A stretch of DNA of 64,000 bases from Nitrosopumilus sp. (GTDB lineage: Archaea; Thermoproteota; Nitrososphaeria; Nitrososphaerales; Nitrosopumilaceae). Positions 1 to 9,775 of the stretch are shown in pieces. The translations under genes were made by a program, and so were the position numbers. Where the stretch lies: positions 2,080,001 through 2,144,000 of the forward strand of contig OZ244651.1 of assembly GCA_965218695.1 (NCBI GenBank). Direction: 5' to 3'. Each line of letters begins with the position of its first letter. Position 1 is the stretch's first letter. The notes under the pieces were generated by a model. It ran no database searches and had not been told where the DNA came from. It saw nothing but the letters and a program-made list of their open reading frames with translations.

Positions 1-68
1 GCAAGATACCTTCTGAGATTCCGCGCAACATAGCCGCTTGCCCCGGTAACCACCAGCTTCAGACCCAT
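1..68 (-). CDS. NAD-dependent epimerase/dehydratase, N-terminal fragment (runs off window start)
   Basis: Manual translation MGLKLVVTGASGYVARNLRRYL; Rossmann TGASGYV motif. Confidence 0.75.
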   Translation of the reverse strand, partial: MGLKLVVTGASGYVARNLRRYL

Positions 69-130
69 GGAGATACCGAGTCTCTTCTGACTTTAAGTCT
101 ATTTGGGGTAAAACCGTTCCCGGTGCCTGC

Positions 131-730
131 TCATTCCGGCTTGGTAGCTGACACTATTGTTACCGGATTCCGTGCAAGCATCATGGTGCCAGTGCTGGTC
201 CTTCTACTCTTGGAGATTGTAACCTGTGTGATATCGACAGAATCAAACTCCAGCGCATCAAGCACCTGCAGTACGGCATAAAGCGTCTCGATCAGTATGG
301 TCCCGATGACGATTCTTCCCCCGCCCTTGAGCCTCCTGTGGCACAGCTCCACGATAGCAACAGTATCTCCGCCGGTTCCGCCTATGAATACTACATCTGC
401 AGTATCCATGCCCGGAATCCTCTCCTTGGCATCCCCGTGAATCTGCAGGACGTTTGAGAGTCCGAACCTGCTGACATTCCTTCCTGTCAGTTCTATTGCG
501 TTGATGTCGCGATCCACTGCAAGCACCCTGCCTGACTCCCCTATCTGGATTGCAGCCTCGACTGAGATTGAACCGCTTCCGCAACCTATGTCATAGACTG
601 TCTGTCCGGGACGGAGTCTGGCCTTACTGATCTGGATTACCCTTACCTCCTCCTTTGTTATCGGAACCTTCTCGGTGCGCTCAAACATCCCGTCTGGAAT
701 CCCGGGAGTCCTAAAGTCCCACATGATCAC
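131..730 (-). CDS. cbiT: Cobalt-precorrin-6B C15-methyltransferase (decarboxylating)
   Basis: PITKEEVR, DIGCGSGSIS SAM motif, VFIGG, ARNPV motifs. Confidence 0.92.
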   Translation of the reverse strand: MIMWDFRTPGIPDGMFERTEKVPITKEEVRVIQISKARLRPGQTVYDIGCGSGSISVEAAIQIGESGRVLAVDRDINAIELTGRNVSRFGLSNVLQIHGDAKERIPGMDTADVVFIGGTGGDTVAIVELCHRRLKGGGRIVIGTILIETLYAVLQVLDALEFDSVDITQVTISKSRRTSTGTMMLARNPVTIVSATKPE

Positions 731-738
731 TCTTCAGA

Positions 739-1230
739 CTAGACGTTGATCCCACTGGAAACGCTTCCCGCATTGACTAATGTATGGGTGACTATCCATG
801 TAAACAGATACAAAAAGACATAGCTTCCGATTGCCTGTGTGACTACCTTCTTCCTGTCAGACGAGGCCAGCTGCATCTTCATGTTCTTTGCAACCACTAT
901 CGTTGCAAGAAATATGATGATCATGAATCCGATTGAGGCCCACCTCTTGTCCTCACCTTCTATATCCTCAAAGATGAATGTCGCAACAACCCCTGCAATT
1001 ACGGCAAGGCTTACCCGCAACCAGTAGAGAAGGTTGAGTTTTCTGGCGTTCTCGCTTCTCCCGATCCTTTCTATTCCGGGGTCACCTGAAGGTGCCGACG
1101 GCAGGGAGGTCCCGGAATCCTCTGCATTCGGGGGGGCATCCCCAGGCCTCTCCTTGGACGCATCGGATGGCACCTTCTTACTGCCGGGATCAGACGTTGG
1201 TTGGGATCTCTTTTTTTTGAATCGTGCCAA
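739..1230 (-). CDS. Three-TM membrane protein, EMC6/Rab5ip-like, with disordered N-terminus
   Basis: LYWLRVSLAVIAG...YVFLYLFTWIVTHTL pattern; three hydrophobic helices. Confidence 0.6.
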   Translation of the reverse strand: MARFKKKRSQPTSDPGSKKVPSDASKERPGDAPPNAEDSGTSLPSAPSGDPGIERIGRSENARKLNLLYWLRVSLAVIAGVVATFIFEDIEGEDKRWASIGFMIIIFLATIVVAKNMKMQLASSDRKKVVTQAIGSYVFLYLFTWIVTHTLVNAGSVSSGINV

Positions 1231-1478
1231 GTAAATTTCTAGCGTGTCTTCATCAAACCTTGTTTAAAATCTTTGGTAATTTTTAGTCACAATGTGGAAT
1301 ACGAAAAGTAGTTCCTCCCTTACTCCACATGATACTCCTCCCCTGTCTGCTCGTCTATTACTATAGTACCCGTCATAAATATCCGGAATGGTGACGGGGA
1401 TTTTGGCACGTCACGCGTCCGGCATCGCACTACCGGGACAGCAGAAACGTTTAGATCATTCCACTCCCAGACCATGCC

Positions 1479-1766
1479 GTGACCGGAGAAAAACACCCGG
1501 ACGACAAGGTGCCCAAGGGGGACAAATTCATGGAGGGCATATCTGCCAATGACATCCGGGCAGTACACGGGATGGACAGGTATGCCTGGAGCAGTTTTCC
1601 GCTACTCATTTGCCTACGGCGCAAGGAAGGTGACGGGTGCTCGGAGATTGCAGACATGTTTTACATGTCACCCGATACAGTCGAGGACTGGCTGTGCCGG
1701 ATGCACCACGGCGGGCTAGATGCGCGGCACGAGTGTCGTGATCCATACTCGAAGGATCGGGCCTGA
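1479..1766 (+). CDS. Stand-alone HTH homologous to the N-terminus of the adjacent IS630 transposase
   Basis: PKGDKFMEG...LLICLRRKEG...WLCRMHHGGLDA aligns with PKGDAFMAG...LLACMWRREG...RLHRMHLGGLDA. Confidence 0.65.
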   Translation: MTGEKHPDDKVPKGDKFMEGISANDIRAVHGMDRYAWSSFPLLICLRRKEGDGCSEIADMFYMSPDTVEDWLCRMHHGGLDARHECRDPYSKDRA

Positions 1767-1800
1767 CTCCCACAGGTACGCGCACCTCGCCCCCAAGTCG

Positions 1801-2901
1801 TCAGGCAGCAGCAGTCGCCTTGGCGCGCCTGATTGCATCTGTCGCGTATTCTGGCAGTTGGGGCAGACTTACCGTGCCTGACTGAATCATCTCGTCCATG
1901 GCTCCCGTCATGTCCTCCACACGCCGGTACAGGCCGTTGGCGACGTACCTCTTGAGTTCTTTCCAGACCATCTCGACTGGGTTGAGATCCGGCGAATATG
2001 TCGGCTGGTAGGCAATCCTGACGTCCCCATCGTACTTTTTCAACTCTGCCATCAGCTTTTTGGATTTGTGGATGGATGCATTGTCCATCACCAAGAGTAC
2101 CTTCCCGTAGGCATCGTGCAGGCCATTGACAAAATCAATCATCGAATCGGTGTTGCCGCAGTCATAGTACCTGTGGTGTAGCAGACCGTCCAATCCCAGT
2201 GCCCCAAAGCACGTGTAGCTCCTGCCAAACGGCTTGATCACCTGCGGTATTGACAGGCCACGCGCAAGCCAGGTCATGCCGCGGATCGTTTTTGTGGTAA
2301 AATGGGACTCGTCCATCCAGAAGAGGCGGTGTCCATCCACGGTATTGCTAAAAATCTCCTTTGCCAGGCCGCGCTTAAATTCTGCCTTTACCTCGTCAGA
2401 AGGCGAGCGGCCGTGGCGCGGCCTTCCGGGTTTTCTGTATGTCTTGTTCAGCCTGTGCATCGTCCTGTATGCCGTACTGGGAGAGACGTTGTCAATGGAG
2501 AACAGACTGGAGATCATGATCAGAATCAGCCTTCCGGTCCAGACGTTGGATTTTATCCCACATCCGCCCGGCTGCCTGTCGATGGACTCGGATATCTTTG
2601 AATGGATTTCTGGCTGGATCTTTCTTGGCCTTCCGGGCTTGGTCTTGTCAGGACATGCATCAAGACCGCCCAAGTGCATGCGGTGCAGCCGGTCGTAAAT
2701 GGTACTGACCGGCACGTGCAGCTTGCCTGCGATCCATACCCCGTCTTCTCCCTCACGCCTCCACATGCAGGCAAGCAGTATGTTGACTGCTTTGCCGTTC
2801 TTCTCTTTTTTGAGGGCCTCTTGGATCTCCCTCATGGATGTGCCTGCCATGAACGCGTCTCCCTTGGGTATGTTTTCGTTTCGGCGTTTTGTACCAGCCA
2901 T
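1801..2901 (-). CDS. IS630 transposase
   Basis: KPGRPRK, WMDESHF, MDNASIH, YSPDLNPVEMVW motifs. Confidence 0.93.
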   Translation of the reverse strand: MAGTKRRNENIPKGDAFMAGTSMREIQEALKKEKNGKAVNILLACMWRREGEDGVWIAGKLHVPVSTIYDRLHRMHLGGLDACPDKTKPGRPRKIQPEIHSKISESIDRQPGGCGIKSNVWTGRLILIMISSLFSIDNVSPSTAYRTMHRLNKTYRKPGRPRHGRSPSDEVKAEFKRGLAKEIFSNTVDGHRLFWMDESHFTTKTIRGMTWLARGLSIPQVIKPFGRSYTCFGALGLDGLLHHRYYDCGNTDSMIDFVNGLHDAYGKVLLVMDNASIHKSKKLMAELKKYDGDVRIAYQPTYSPDLNPVEMVWKELKRYVANGLYRRVEDMTGAMDEMIQSGTVSLPQLPEYATDAIRRAKATAAA

Positions 2902-2999
2902 GATTAAGCGCGGAGGTATCGCTGATCTTAAGGTTTTGATTATTCAGGCAGTACCGGAACCAAAACTGGGTTTACCGTTCCGGATCTTTATGATGGGCA

Positions 3000-4022
3000 C
3001 TATATCTCTCCTTTGGGTGGCATCTTGCGCACAAACGCCTGGGCTGGCGTCTCCTCCCCGTCTAGGCCAAGTGACATGTGCGGTCTGTCGTAATTGTACC
3101 ACTGCATGAAGAGGTCCACCGGGTCGCTCTTGCGCATCATTATCGCCTCAAATTCGGGCAGCTTCCGCTGGATCTCCTCGTGCAGCCTCTCCAGCTTGCC
3201 GTTGGTCTGCGGGTGCCTCACGCCTGCCAGAATCTGCTTGATGCCAAGCTCTGCCAGCCTCTTTTCGAACTCGGATGCACCCTTTTTCTTTGCCTCTGAT
3301 GCGGTGGCGTAGAACTGGGATCCGCGGTCAGTCATTATGGATGCAGGCTTGCCGTGGTTTCTTATCGCCTCGTCCAATACTGACAGGGCGTTTTCTGCCG
3401 TTGCGCGCTCAAACGTGCCGTACGCAGTCACGAACCGCGAGGCGTCGTCCTCGTAACACAGGAACCACCTGCCGTCGTCAAGCAGCTTGTAGTCGGTGTG
3501 CCACATCGAGTTGGAGTAGGTGCGCTCAAAGCGGATCCACTTGCGGCGCTTGCTCTTGTTGGGCTGTCTGGCAGCCAGATCCTCGTCACGCAATACCATG
3601 TGTATGCGGTTGTATGGAATATTTATTCCGGTGACGTCCCTTATGCGCCCGTGCAGGCGTACGGCCCCGACGTGGTCATTGCCCTTGGCGCACAGTACCG
3701 CAGAGTGTTCCTTCCGGCCGGGAAGGCCGCATGCGGGCCTGCCCATGTGCATCGGATATGCCACGCTGCTGCGTTCCTGTCCCTTGTACCTGGAATACGG
3801 CTTCCTTATCCACCGCGGCGACACACCCATGGTCTTGGAGATGCATGAATTGGTGGATCCCTTGTCCTTCTCCGAAAGTATCCACCTTACCTTCGATTCG
3901 TCCAGCTTTTTCATGATGCGTACTCTCCGGGTTCCCATATGCCGCCACCGATTGGAGTACATCGTTCTTGCCCACACACCCTTGCTTCCACTCAACACCA
4001 GGCTGATCTTGCTTCCAAACAC
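3000..4022 (-). pseudogene. IS481-like transposase lacking its last 13 aa, which are displaced to 1320-1361
   Basis: WHTDYK, DDASR, TDRGSQF, PQTNGKLER rve core; displaced tail VIDEQTGEEYHVE matches VVDGQTGEEYRAE of the paralog. Confidence 0.88.
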
Positions 4023-4227
4023 GCCGGCTCCATTGGCTAGGGGAGGAACTACTTTTTGTACAACGTAAATTTTTAGTCACAAACCATATCATATATCCCA
4101 CACGGCATGATCCGGGTGTCGCATAGGTGGTCAATGTCTTTCGTGCAACGGCCCTGCAATGCCGTCTGAATGTGTTTCAGACATGAATACCTGTACCGTT
4201 TAAATCATTAGACATACTTTCCAGAGC

Positions 4228-4446
4228 GTGCCTGGCATACCTGACAGAAGACTGCTCAAAAAGGGCTCACTTGTTGCAATAGAGACAAAGAGGAATCAGA
4301 AGACAGGAAATCTGACGTATGGTGTAATAGAATCCATTCTGACTTCAAGCAGATTCCACCCGCACGGGATAAAAGTCAGACTGCAGAACGGGCAGGTCGG
4401 ACGCGTCAAACAGATGATTGGTTCCATGCCTGGGGCTCCGGACTGA
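4228..4446 (+). CDS. YwbE/DUF2196 family protein
   Basis: Q-TG-LT-G, ILT-S-HPHGIKVRL-GQVGRV signature. Confidence 0.85.
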   Translation: MPGIPDRRLLKKGSLVAIETKRNQKTGNLTYGVIESILTSSRFHPHGIKVRLQNGQVGRVKQMIGSMPGAPD

Positions 4447-4618
4447 TCAGGTTCCATGGGTGTAATCTGATGGCAGGCCTCTGAACCTCCATTACTGCAT
4501 CTCCAACGTCCTTTGTTACCCGCACGGCCATAATGCATGCCACACCAAGAAATGTTCACCTTTCCAGCTTCGCCGTGACAGAAACCCTAAATTTTCTGCA
4601 CGTGTTCTGATAGTTGGA

Positions 4619-5269
4619 TTGATTCCCACCGGCCTCCAAAAGATTGACAGGTTTCTGTCCGGTGGAATCCCAGACGGCGTAATTACCGACGTCTTTGGGG
4701 AGAACGGGACAGGCAAGACGCAGCTTCTGCTCCAGCTTGCAGCCGGCTCGATCATGGGCGGGGGGCGCGTTCTATACCTGGATACAACAGGAGGATTCAG
4801 ACCCGAGCGTATCTTAAACATCCGGAATATTCGGGACTCGGTTCCGGATGTTCTTGACAGGATTACCGTGTCCCGCATAATCAACACATCCGAGCAGGTA
4901 AGGGCGGTCCAAAACCTAAGGGGCGACACATTCTCACTGATCGTAATTGACAACATTACTGATCTCTTCTCCTACGAGTACAAGGAGAAGGTACATGAGA
5001 AGAACGTCCTGTTCATGAGGCACATGCATGAACTGTCCCGGTTTTCCACAGAATCCAGAATTCCGGTGGTTGTTACAAACATGATCAGAATGTTTCAAGA
5101 TCGAGAGGTTGAAAACATGAAGGCCGCCATTGATCCATTCACGCACATCAAGATTCATCTGAGCAGAGCCCAATCGGGTTTCCGGGGAAGGATCTGGTGG
5201 GCCATGGCAGGCATGGACTTCTCCTACATGATTCATGCGTCAGGCATATCCGAGGACTGTTCTGTATGA
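4619..5269 (+). CDS. RadA paralog (RadB/aRadC-like RecA-fold ATPase)
   Basis: IPTG-ID-LSGG, Walker A GENGTGKT, F-PER, LIVID; no N-terminal HhH domain. Confidence 0.85.
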   Translation: MIPTGLQKIDRFLSGGIPDGVITDVFGENGTGKTQLLLQLAAGSIMGGGRVLYLDTTGGFRPERILNIRNIRDSVPDVLDRITVSRIINTSEQVRAVQNLRGDTFSLIVIDNITDLFSYEYKEKVHEKNVLFMRHMHELSRFSTESRIPVVVTNMIRMFQDREVENMKAAIDPFTHIKIHLSRAQSGFRGRIWWAMAGMDFSYMIHASGISEDCSV

Positions 5270-5341
5270 CATGGCAAAACCAAACGATTGTCCAAAAGCC
5301 ATTCTCGCTAGATATTTAACAGTTGGAGTCATAGTCTATGA

Positions 5342-5461
5342 ATGGCAGGAATATTTGACTCAATCCCAATAATCACTGTAGCCATGTTTATCATCGGCTT
5401 GGTTGGCGTAGTTGCTTATGAAAGAACACGATCAAACACGGCAGACAAACAAGACTCTTAG
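5342..5461 (+). CDS. Putative 39-aa single-TM microprotein
   Basis: MAGIFDSIPIITVAMFIIGLVGVVAYERTRSNTADKQDS; TATTTAA about 25 bp upstream. Confidence 0.45.
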   Translation: MAGIFDSIPIITVAMFIIGLVGVVAYERTRSNTADKQDS

Positions 5462-8153
5462 ATCCCTGTTTGAAAAATTTGGTTTTTCCAGCCTGACTGA
5501 GATTCAGAAAAAGGCATCCCCGACAGTCCTGCAGAAGCGAGACTGTCTGATCATTGCCCCGACAGGCTCGGGCAAGACCGAGTGCTCTGCAATCCCGATC
5601 TTCTCCCTTCTAAAGAGCTGCCGGGCAGACGGGCGAATCAAGGCACTCTACATAACCCCGCTTCGCGCGCTGAATCGCGACGTATTCCGAAGAATCACAA
5701 GATATGCCAATGAATCAGGCCTGTCCATAGCGATCAGGCACGGCGACACCTCCCAGAGGGACAGGAAGCGAATCACCGAGAACCCGCCTGACATCCTCAT
5801 CACAACACCTGAGACACTAGTTATTCTTCTGACACAGCCAAAGGTGCTTGACGCACTATCCGAACTGGAATGGGTCATAGTCGACGAGGTTCATGAACTG
5901 CTTGCAAGCGAGAGAGGTGCCCAACTCTCGCTGAGTATGGAGCGGCTGGAATTCAACTCCCGGCACTCCCTTACGAGGGTGGGACTGTCTGCCACAGTGG
6001 GTAACCCCATGCATGCTGCAAAGTTTCTGGTGGGCACCAAGCGAAAGTGCCGGGTAGTAAGGGACACATCGGTAAGGCGGTACGATGTGGAGATAAAATA
6101 TGTGGAAGGCACCATCACTGACGTCTCAGAGGAGATCATACGGTACATCCAGAAGATGGAACTTGACTCGCCGATACTCCTCTTTACCAACACACGGGGC
6201 GAGGCGGAGTTTCTGGCCTCAATTCTCAAGGAGAAATCCTCGCTGAGGATAGATCTGCACCACGGTTCCCTGTCCCGGGAGGTTCGGGAGGATACTGAAG
6301 AGTCCCTTCGCCAGGGAGGGCACCACATCGTGGTGTGTACCTCGTCACTGGAACTGGGACTGGACATAGGCTCAGTCGAACTGGTAGTCCATTACGGTTC
6401 CCCAAGACAGGTATCAAAGTTTGTCCAAAGGATAGGACGCAGCAGACACAACAGGGCAGAGTCGGCTCAGGGCCTGATAATTACAAACAATCCCGACGAC
6501 GAGTTTGAGGCAAGGGCCATACTTGAGCGCATACAGGAGGGTTCAATCGAGGAACAGAAGATTCACTCAGACTCCCTTGACGTCCTGGCACACCATCTAG
6601 TCGGGCTTGCCATGCAGCTTGGTGAGGTCACCGTGGAACAAGCATACATGCTGGTTACAAAGGCCTACCCGTTCCGGAACCTGCATCTGAGTGATCTGGG
6701 AGGCGTGCTTGATCTGCTTGACTCCAACTTCATCCTTCTCTTTGACCGGAACCGCATGTCCTTTAGGAAGAAGGGTGGCTCCTTCCGGTACTACTTTGAG
6801 AACCTCTCGACCATCCCGGACATCCTAAAGTTCAAGGTCTTTGACAGCGTGGGCAAGAGAATCATAGGCTCGCTGGACCAGAGGTTTGTAGGCGACTTTG
6901 GAGACACGGGCAACATCTTTGTGCTCAAGGGGTCGCAGTGGAAGATACTCAACGTGGATGAAAAGTCGTTTTCTGTTAACGTCGAACCGTTTCGGGGCGG
7001 CGGGATCACCGTCCCATACTGGGAGGGCGAGAACATTCCAATAGATTACAGGACGGCAGAAAAGGTGGCAGGATTCCGCACCCGGGTCAGGCATGGTTCT
7101 GCCAAGCTCTCAAGCAGGGTGATCCGGGATCTGGACTTTGAGATGCCTGAAGGCAACCACCTTACAGTAGAATCAAACAGGATCCAGGGATCCATAGTGA
7201 TTCACTCCTGCCTTGGAACAAGAATCAACTCGACCCTGTCTACACTCCTCTCCTCCATGCTCTCTGCAGTGCTGGGCTCCACAGTCGACTCCCGTTCAGA
7301 CGGCTACAGGATAGCCCTGTCGTCCCGATCCAGAATATCCCGGGATGTGTTCCTTGGCGTTCTGAATGACGACTATGACCTTTACTCCGTGGTGGGGGCG
7401 TCTTTGACTGGAACACACAACGTCAACTGGAGGACATGGTGCGTTGCCAAAAAATTTGGAATAGTGGGACGCGGAGCCATCTATGAGCGCAAGTCTGCCA
7501 GATTCCTCTACGAGCGGTACTCCAAGACCGTGCTTGTCGACGAGGCGCTCCGCGAACTGTTCCATGACAAGTACGACTTGGATGGAACAGAAGAGATCCT
7601 CAAGGGGATCCGCCGGGGGGAGATGCAGGTGGAGTGGCTTGAAGTCGACAAATTCTCCAAGCTGGCAGAGCCCATTCTGGACCACACCTCAAAGTACTAT
7701 GCCTCGCCTGCGAGCCTTGACAAGGGAATAATTGATCTTGTCAAGGCAAGGCTGGACAAGACAAGGCACCGGCTGCTCTGTGCGCGATGCGGAAGATGGG
7801 AGAAGGTCGTCGAGACCCGTCAGGTGAACGGCCCCTTGGCATGCCCATACTGCAAGTGCAGGCAGATCACCACCACATTCTACTCTGACTATGACCTGCA
7901 AAAGATCATCCAAAAGAAACACGAGGGAAAAAAACTGTCTGCGCAAGAGCAGCACAAGTTTGAGCGCGCCTGGAAGGTCTCCTCGCTGGTGGAGAACTTT
8001 GGCAAGACTGCAATCGTTGTAATGTCCGGGTACGGGGTGGGTGCAGACACTGCGGCTAGGATTCTGAGGAACATGGTGGATGAGGAACACCTCTTCAAAC
8101 AGATCTACGAGGCAGAAAGACAGTATGTCGTGACCCGGGGATTCTGGGACTAG
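5412..8153 (+). CDS. lhr: Lhr-like ATP-dependent DEAD/H helicase
   Basis: APTGSGKT, PLRAL, DEVH, SAT, HHGSL, QRIGR; C-terminal CxxC...CxxC; true start may be slightly downstream. Confidence 0.9.
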   Translation: MLMKEHDQTRQTNKTLRSLFEKFGFSSLTEIQKKASPTVLQKRDCLIIAPTGSGKTECSAIPIFSLLKSCRADGRIKALYITPLRALNRDVFRRITRYANESGLSIAIRHGDTSQRDRKRITENPPDILITTPETLVILLTQPKVLDALSELEWVIVDEVHELLASERGAQLSLSMERLEFNSRHSLTRVGLSATVGNPMHAAKFLVGTKRKCRVVRDTSVRRYDVEIKYVEGTITDVSEEIIRYIQKMELDSPILLFTNTRGEAEFLASILKEKSSLRIDLHHGSLSREVREDTEESLRQGGHHIVVCTSSLELGLDIGSVELVVHYGSPRQVSKFVQRIGRSRHNRAESAQGLIITNNPDDEFEARAILERIQEGSIEEQKIHSDSLDVLAHHLVGLAMQLGEVTVEQAYMLVTKAYPFRNLHLSDLGGVLDLLDSNFILLFDRNRMSFRKKGGSFRYYFENLSTIPDILKFKVFDSVGKRIIGSLDQRFVGDFGDTGNIFVLKGSQWKILNVDEKSFSVNVEPFRGGGITVPYWEGENIPIDYRTAEKVAGFRTRVRHGSAKLSSRVIRDLDFEMPEGNHLTVESNRIQGSIVIHSCLGTRINSTLSTLLSSMLSAVLGSTVDSRSDGYRIALSSRSRISRDVFLGVLNDDYDLYSVVGASLTGTHNVNWRTWCVAKKFGIVGRGAIYERKSARFLYERYSKTVLVDEALRELFHDKYDLDGTEEILKGIRRGEMQVEWLEVDKFSKLAEPILDHTSKYYASPASLDKGIIDLVKARLDKTRHRLLCARCGRWEKVVETRQVNGPLACPYCKCRQITTTFYSDYDLQKIIQKKHEGKKLSAQEQHKFERAWKVSSLVENFGKTAIVVMSGYGVGADTAARILRNMVDEEHLFKQIYEAERQYVVTRGFWD

Positions 8154-9571
8154 TCTTGCTGAAGTTTGTCCTTGGGCTGGTTCTTCTTCTTTATCTTGGA
8201 AAATGCAGTCAGGGACAGCTCGACACTTCCCTCAAAGCCCGCCCTTGCATTGACTCCGGTGATATACATGATGTCCCCAAGCTGGCATCCGTCAAGGAGT
8301 GCTGCCTGATCCCTCCATCCCTTCACTGAGATGGGACCTGTATCATCCTCCACATACATCTCCGAGAGTGCGACTAGATCTCCGGACTTTGTCTGGATTT
8401 CGCGCCTCTCGCCGACCTTTAGGACTATGGCCTCGATACAGTAGACCCTGTCAGGCTTTATCTGGTTTATCTTTGTCCTGACTTCTGACAGCGACGGGAT
8501 GGCGCCGTCATCATCCATCTTTCTTACAAACGAGTTATTGTCAAGCGTTACAGAGCTGCCATACACCTTTGAGGGCATAAACTCCACCACATCACCCTCG
8601 ACACACGTGCCTGTCATGTTTGAGGAATCCGTTATGCTGTATATGGTCCTGCCCGAATCCGTCCCGAGTATCAGGTTTCTGCCTCTCTCGGTCCTGTTTA
8701 TGGACAGGATTCTTACGGCCACGGGCTTTATGTCCCCGCCCTTGATCTCAATTACTGTTGCATCATCGCCATGGATCTCCATTCCCTGGTTTCCATTCTT
8801 GACCCTTATTCCGAGCAGCCTTGCCTCCGAAGACTCTTCGATCATGTCTGGAATGCTGGATTCGTCCTTTCCCCAGAGGACTACCGGCATTGCAGCTCCG
8901 CCCTTTCCCCTGAGCCTCATCTTGAGTGCCTTGCCTGGCTGGCCCCTAGAGTTGGTAAACTCCATGCCAAACACCCTTCCTTCAATGACTCCCCTTACCA
9001 CCACATCCTTCTGTCCCTCCTGCAGTTCGCCTACATCCTTTGTAATGGAGTCTATGGACGGAATTGTGCTTTGTGTGTCTGCCGGTTCAATACTGGAACC
9101 TGACCCTACATTGATTGTAGGGGCGCCTGTCATGTCCGATTTTACGTATGCCTTTATTATCCTGACCAAATCACCTGGTCTGAGATCCTCAATTCCTGGA
9201 AGCATTGCCTTTTCATCCCACATCTTTACGCTTGCCGTTGCGTCTGCATCATACACTGTCATGGTTCTGAGGTGGAACGGCGAGCCGTCCTTTCTTGAAA
9301 ACTGCTTTGCCGGCGAGATGTTCAGAACCTTTGCCTCAAGCGTAATCTCCTTTGCACCCGCATACAGATCCTTCAACTCCATCTCTATCTTTTGCGGCGT
9401 TGCAAGATCCAGTCCCATCTCAGATGCAATCAGAAACAGTGCCCCACTGTCAGTCAGGTATCCTGCACCAATCTTGTCCTTCTTTATCCTTATCCTGTCC
9501 CTGATGTCATCTGCTGTCAGTTCAGGTTTGAGCTCAAGCAACTTGCTGAGAAGATCATCATACTCTGTCAA
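8150..9571 (-). CDS. rpa: Replication protein A / multi-OB-fold ssDNA-binding protein
   Basis: GYLTD-GALFLIA N-domain, FSRKDGS, repeated OB folds. Confidence 0.85.
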   Translation of the reverse strand: MTEYDDLLSKLLELKPELTADDIRDRIRIKKDKIGAGYLTDSGALFLIASEMGLDLATPQKIEMELKDLYAGAKEITLEAKVLNISPAKQFSRKDGSPFHLRTMTVYDADATASVKMWDEKAMLPGIEDLRPGDLVRIIKAYVKSDMTGAPTINVGSGSSIEPADTQSTIPSIDSITKDVGELQEGQKDVVVRGVIEGRVFGMEFTNSRGQPGKALKMRLRGKGGAAMPVVLWGKDESSIPDMIEESSEARLLGIRVKNGNQGMEIHGDDATVIEIKGGDIKPVAVRILSINRTERGRNLILGTDSGRTIYSITDSSNMTGTCVEGDVVEFMPSKVYGSSVTLDNNSFVRKMDDDGAIPSLSEVRTKINQIKPDRVYCIEAIVLKVGERREIQTKSGDLVALSEMYVEDDTGPISVKGWRDQAALLDGCQLGDIMYITGVNARAGFEGSVELSLTAFSKIKKKNQPKDKLQQD

Positions 9572-9775
9572 GCATTACGTGGTAACCCAGTTTCATTAAT
9601 AAGAATTTCATTATGGCCGGTCCGGGTCTGGATATGGCAATCTGCACATGCACATGCAGGAGATGCAACCGGCGCTGCAGGCCGGTCATATGTTGCACCA
9701 TCATATCCCAAGGCACGCACAACCTGCCGTGGCTGCAAGAATTGACTAAATAAGCGGCAGCATGATGATCCCTTC

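Larger units (their letters stand above)
1364..3002 (-). mobile_element. IS630-family element (1639 bp) nested in the IS481 transposase
   Basis: IRs TAGTACCCGTCATAAATATCCGGAATGGT / TAGTGCCCATCATAAAGATCCGGAACGGT; TA duplication at 1362-1363 and 3003-3004. Confidence 0.92.
1293..4067 (-). mobile_element. IS481-like element interrupted by an IS630
   Basis: Imperfect IRs sharing TACnAAAAGTAGTTCCTCCC; 15-bp direct repeat AATTTTTAGTCACAA at 1278-1292 and 4068-4082. Confidence 0.9.

Noticed and set aside
8499-9599. Long antisense ORFs (also 21729-22853, 46121-47059)
   Set aside because: They overlap well-supported genes on the opposite strand and have no motifs
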